Part shown: one piece after another, positions 62,201-64,000 of the stretch | Layout of the letters: every line of letters starts with the position of its first letter | Position numbering within the stretch: position 1 is the first letter of the stretch | Source: Eutreptiella sp. 'Long Island Sound 2002' | Taxonomy: Eukaryota; Protista; Euglenida | Length of the DNA stretch: 64,000 nt | Assembly (NCBI GenBank): GCA_964036045.1 | Contig: OZ038379.1 | Span: forward strand, 65,534,001-65,598,000 | Reading direction: 5' to 3' | Notes under the pieces: generated by a model | Told to the model about the DNA's origin: nothing | What the model saw: the letters and a program-made list of their open reading frames with translations, nothing else | The model's database searches: none | Translations under genes and position numbers: made by a program

Positions 62201-64000
62201 CGGGCGGGTTGGGAGGGCACCTCCAACGGGGGGTATCGCCGAAGGGTTGGGGTAGTCTAGGGCCGGGGCCGTGGCCACGGCAATGGCGGCGTTGTCAGGG
62301 GAGCAGCATGAGGGGAGGCGGTCCGGGAAGGCCAGTCGGCAACGGCGCCGGGCACCGGAGAAGAGCGCTTCCTGTACGGTCTTGCCGGCAGGTTCTCTGG
62401 TGTGCGTGTGGCGGGCGTGTTGCGGGAGTGAGCTCCGGGCGGAGGTGCGGGGTGGGGAGTCATGGCGGCTGCGTTTGGGTGGGAGGGCCGCGGGCTCCGG
62501 TGGCCGGCGGAGAGACGGGGTTGTGTTGCGCGTGTTGGTGGGGGCAGTCCACGGGGTGCCGTCGTCTCGGTTGCCCGACACTATGATGGACCTGCCGTAC
62601 GGGTGGGGGATGGTGCGTGTGGGGTGTCAGGCAAACAAGACCTGGAGCATACGCCGGGGGACGGTGGCGAAGCCGTAGTCCTTGTGGGCGTCGTAGGGGT
62701 TTATGTACAGAACGGTCTCGAGGTTGTGGGTGAGGGTGGCGGTCATGGCTTTGGCGTGCGGGGCGCAGGCCCGTTACGCGCACCACGCGTTAGCGGGGGC
62801 GAGTGGGGCCGCGGGGGCAAAAGTGGGGGCGGTGGGCTGGGAGAGGGGGGAGCTGGCCGTCAGTGGCGGGGCGGGGGAGGACGGCGACGCCATGGCGGGT
62901 GGTGGCGGGGGCAGGGCGAGCGACGGTGGCAGCATGAGCGTGCTGCGGGGCGGCGCTGGCGGGGGGGCCGCCGCGCCCAGTTGGAACCAGTCGAGGTTGG
63001 TGGGCTGCTGCTGGGGGAGGGCGAGCTTGACGTGGGCGACCAATTGCTGGTATTGAAGGGGGCCGGAGCGCAGGGTGTCCGCGGTGTGTACGCCGGACAG
63101 GTCGTGGTTAGCCTCCACGGGGAAGGAGGGGGGTCCGGCCACGGTGAGGGCGGCTGATTGCCCGGAGGTGGTCGGGTAGGCGGCTGCAGCGGCGATGACA
63201 GGCTGGATTGCCTGCAAGGATGCGTCGCAAAGGGGTCGCGGCGGTGTTGCCATACTTGTCGCCCACTAGTTGGCGCAAGCGCTCGAGGCTGGGGCGCAGC
63301 GCAGCCTTGCGGGCGCAAGGGCACATGTGGCACGTGCCTTTGGCCGCCTGGACCAGGAGGGCTGAGGTGGAGGCGAGGCTGAGGAGCTGGGTGGTCTTCG
63401 CCGGGATGTGGAGGGGCTTGACCATGGAGAGGATGACTCCCGCGATGTGATGGGCGTCGCGGTCCGGTACGGCTGCGAGGGACTCCAGGGAGCCGAGCAT
63501 GTCGACGGAGCTGGGCTGGGGGCCGGCGTGGAAGAGGGACTACCAGGAGGGCACCGCGGTTGGGGCTAGCGACGGGGCGCACGTGCTGGCGTTGAGCAAG
63601 GGTTGGGTAGCCGGGGGGGCGTTGGAGGCCGGGGGGGCATTGGAAGCCGGGGAGGGCGCAGGAGGCCGGGGGCTCATCCGGCGGGGCCATGGCTTGGGCT
63701 TCGGCGGCTGCGATGGTGGACACCGTGGCCAGGTACCGGAAGGAGCCGTCAGCCTTGCGTTGGCTGAGCTCGGTGTGCCAGCCTTGGCGTTGTAGGGGGC
63801 AAGGGGCGGGGATCCTGATGCTGGGGGTGACAGCGCTGGCGACGGCTTGGAGGGGGGGGCACGCTGGGGAGGCCAGGTGAAGGGATGATGCGCGTCGAAT
63901 ATAGCGCGTTGCTGGGCGGTGATCTGCTATGTGAAGCAAAACCACCAGAGGCGGAGGGTTGCTGTCAAGGGGGGTGTCGCGGATGGTGATCGACACTACG
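59270..64000 (-). mobile_element. APE-type LINE derivative: ORF1 (RRM-like, Cys/His knuckles), APE endonuclease, RNase H, CCHC finger; RT absent
   Basis: Minus strand motifs: HKDYGFATV (RNP1-like, ~62680); CLHCG and CPNCH (~62010-62160). APE motifs: LSLFCHSWGG, DHVGWQE, VVMGDFN (~61010), IGYVLLS, STH. These run straight into RNase H LLALLFAL...LETDS and WLQGQHD...NAHADSLAN, then CPSCHRPHSDPNAHLLLHC (60125-60185). The 3' boundary is approximate. Confidence 0.78.

Noticed and set aside
59718-63996. Plus-strand ORFs over the LINE, and long antisense ORFs elsewhere (e.g. 4515-5174, 9168-10022, 31132-32139)
   Set aside because: Shadow ORFs of GC-rich coding relics on the opposite strand, with no motifs of their own.

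Overview
This window is eukaryotic and repeat-dense, with GT-AG introns, long G/C homopolymers and no operon structure. A protist such as a euglenozoan is plausible but unverified. Only two convincing host exons are visible: an 88-codon Lys/Glu-rich exon (11929-12192) and a nucleoredoxin/tryparedoxin-like exon (53646-53838). The rest is mostly decayed mobile DNA. The main signal is a group of four related DNA transposon families, labelled A-D here. A and B have ~35-bp imperfect TIRs with CCC...GGG ends and 2-bp target duplications (TG for A, AA for B). They carry an intron-containing DDE transposase with RAG1/Transib/Chapaev-like motifs and a conserved second gene ending in a Tudor/KOW-like domain. 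The TIRs of A, B and C share a CCC-x2-GGTAC decamer, a 19-20 bp spacer and a GTTC motif. Each family's own version of that motif (GTTCATAA in A, GTTCAAA in B, GTTCTAG in C/D) fills its introns as inverted arrays. Also present are a large segmental duplication (1-8590 vs 13484-24068), an internal 2.1-kb tandem duplication, and 225-bp and 187-bp tandem repeats. There are two RNase H-bearing LINE derivatives that lack reverse transcriptase, an L1-like relic and a Zisupton/KDZ-like relic. Nonsense codons show a marked CCAG/CTGG->CTAG mutation pattern. All homology calls come from alignment by eye; no database search was run.
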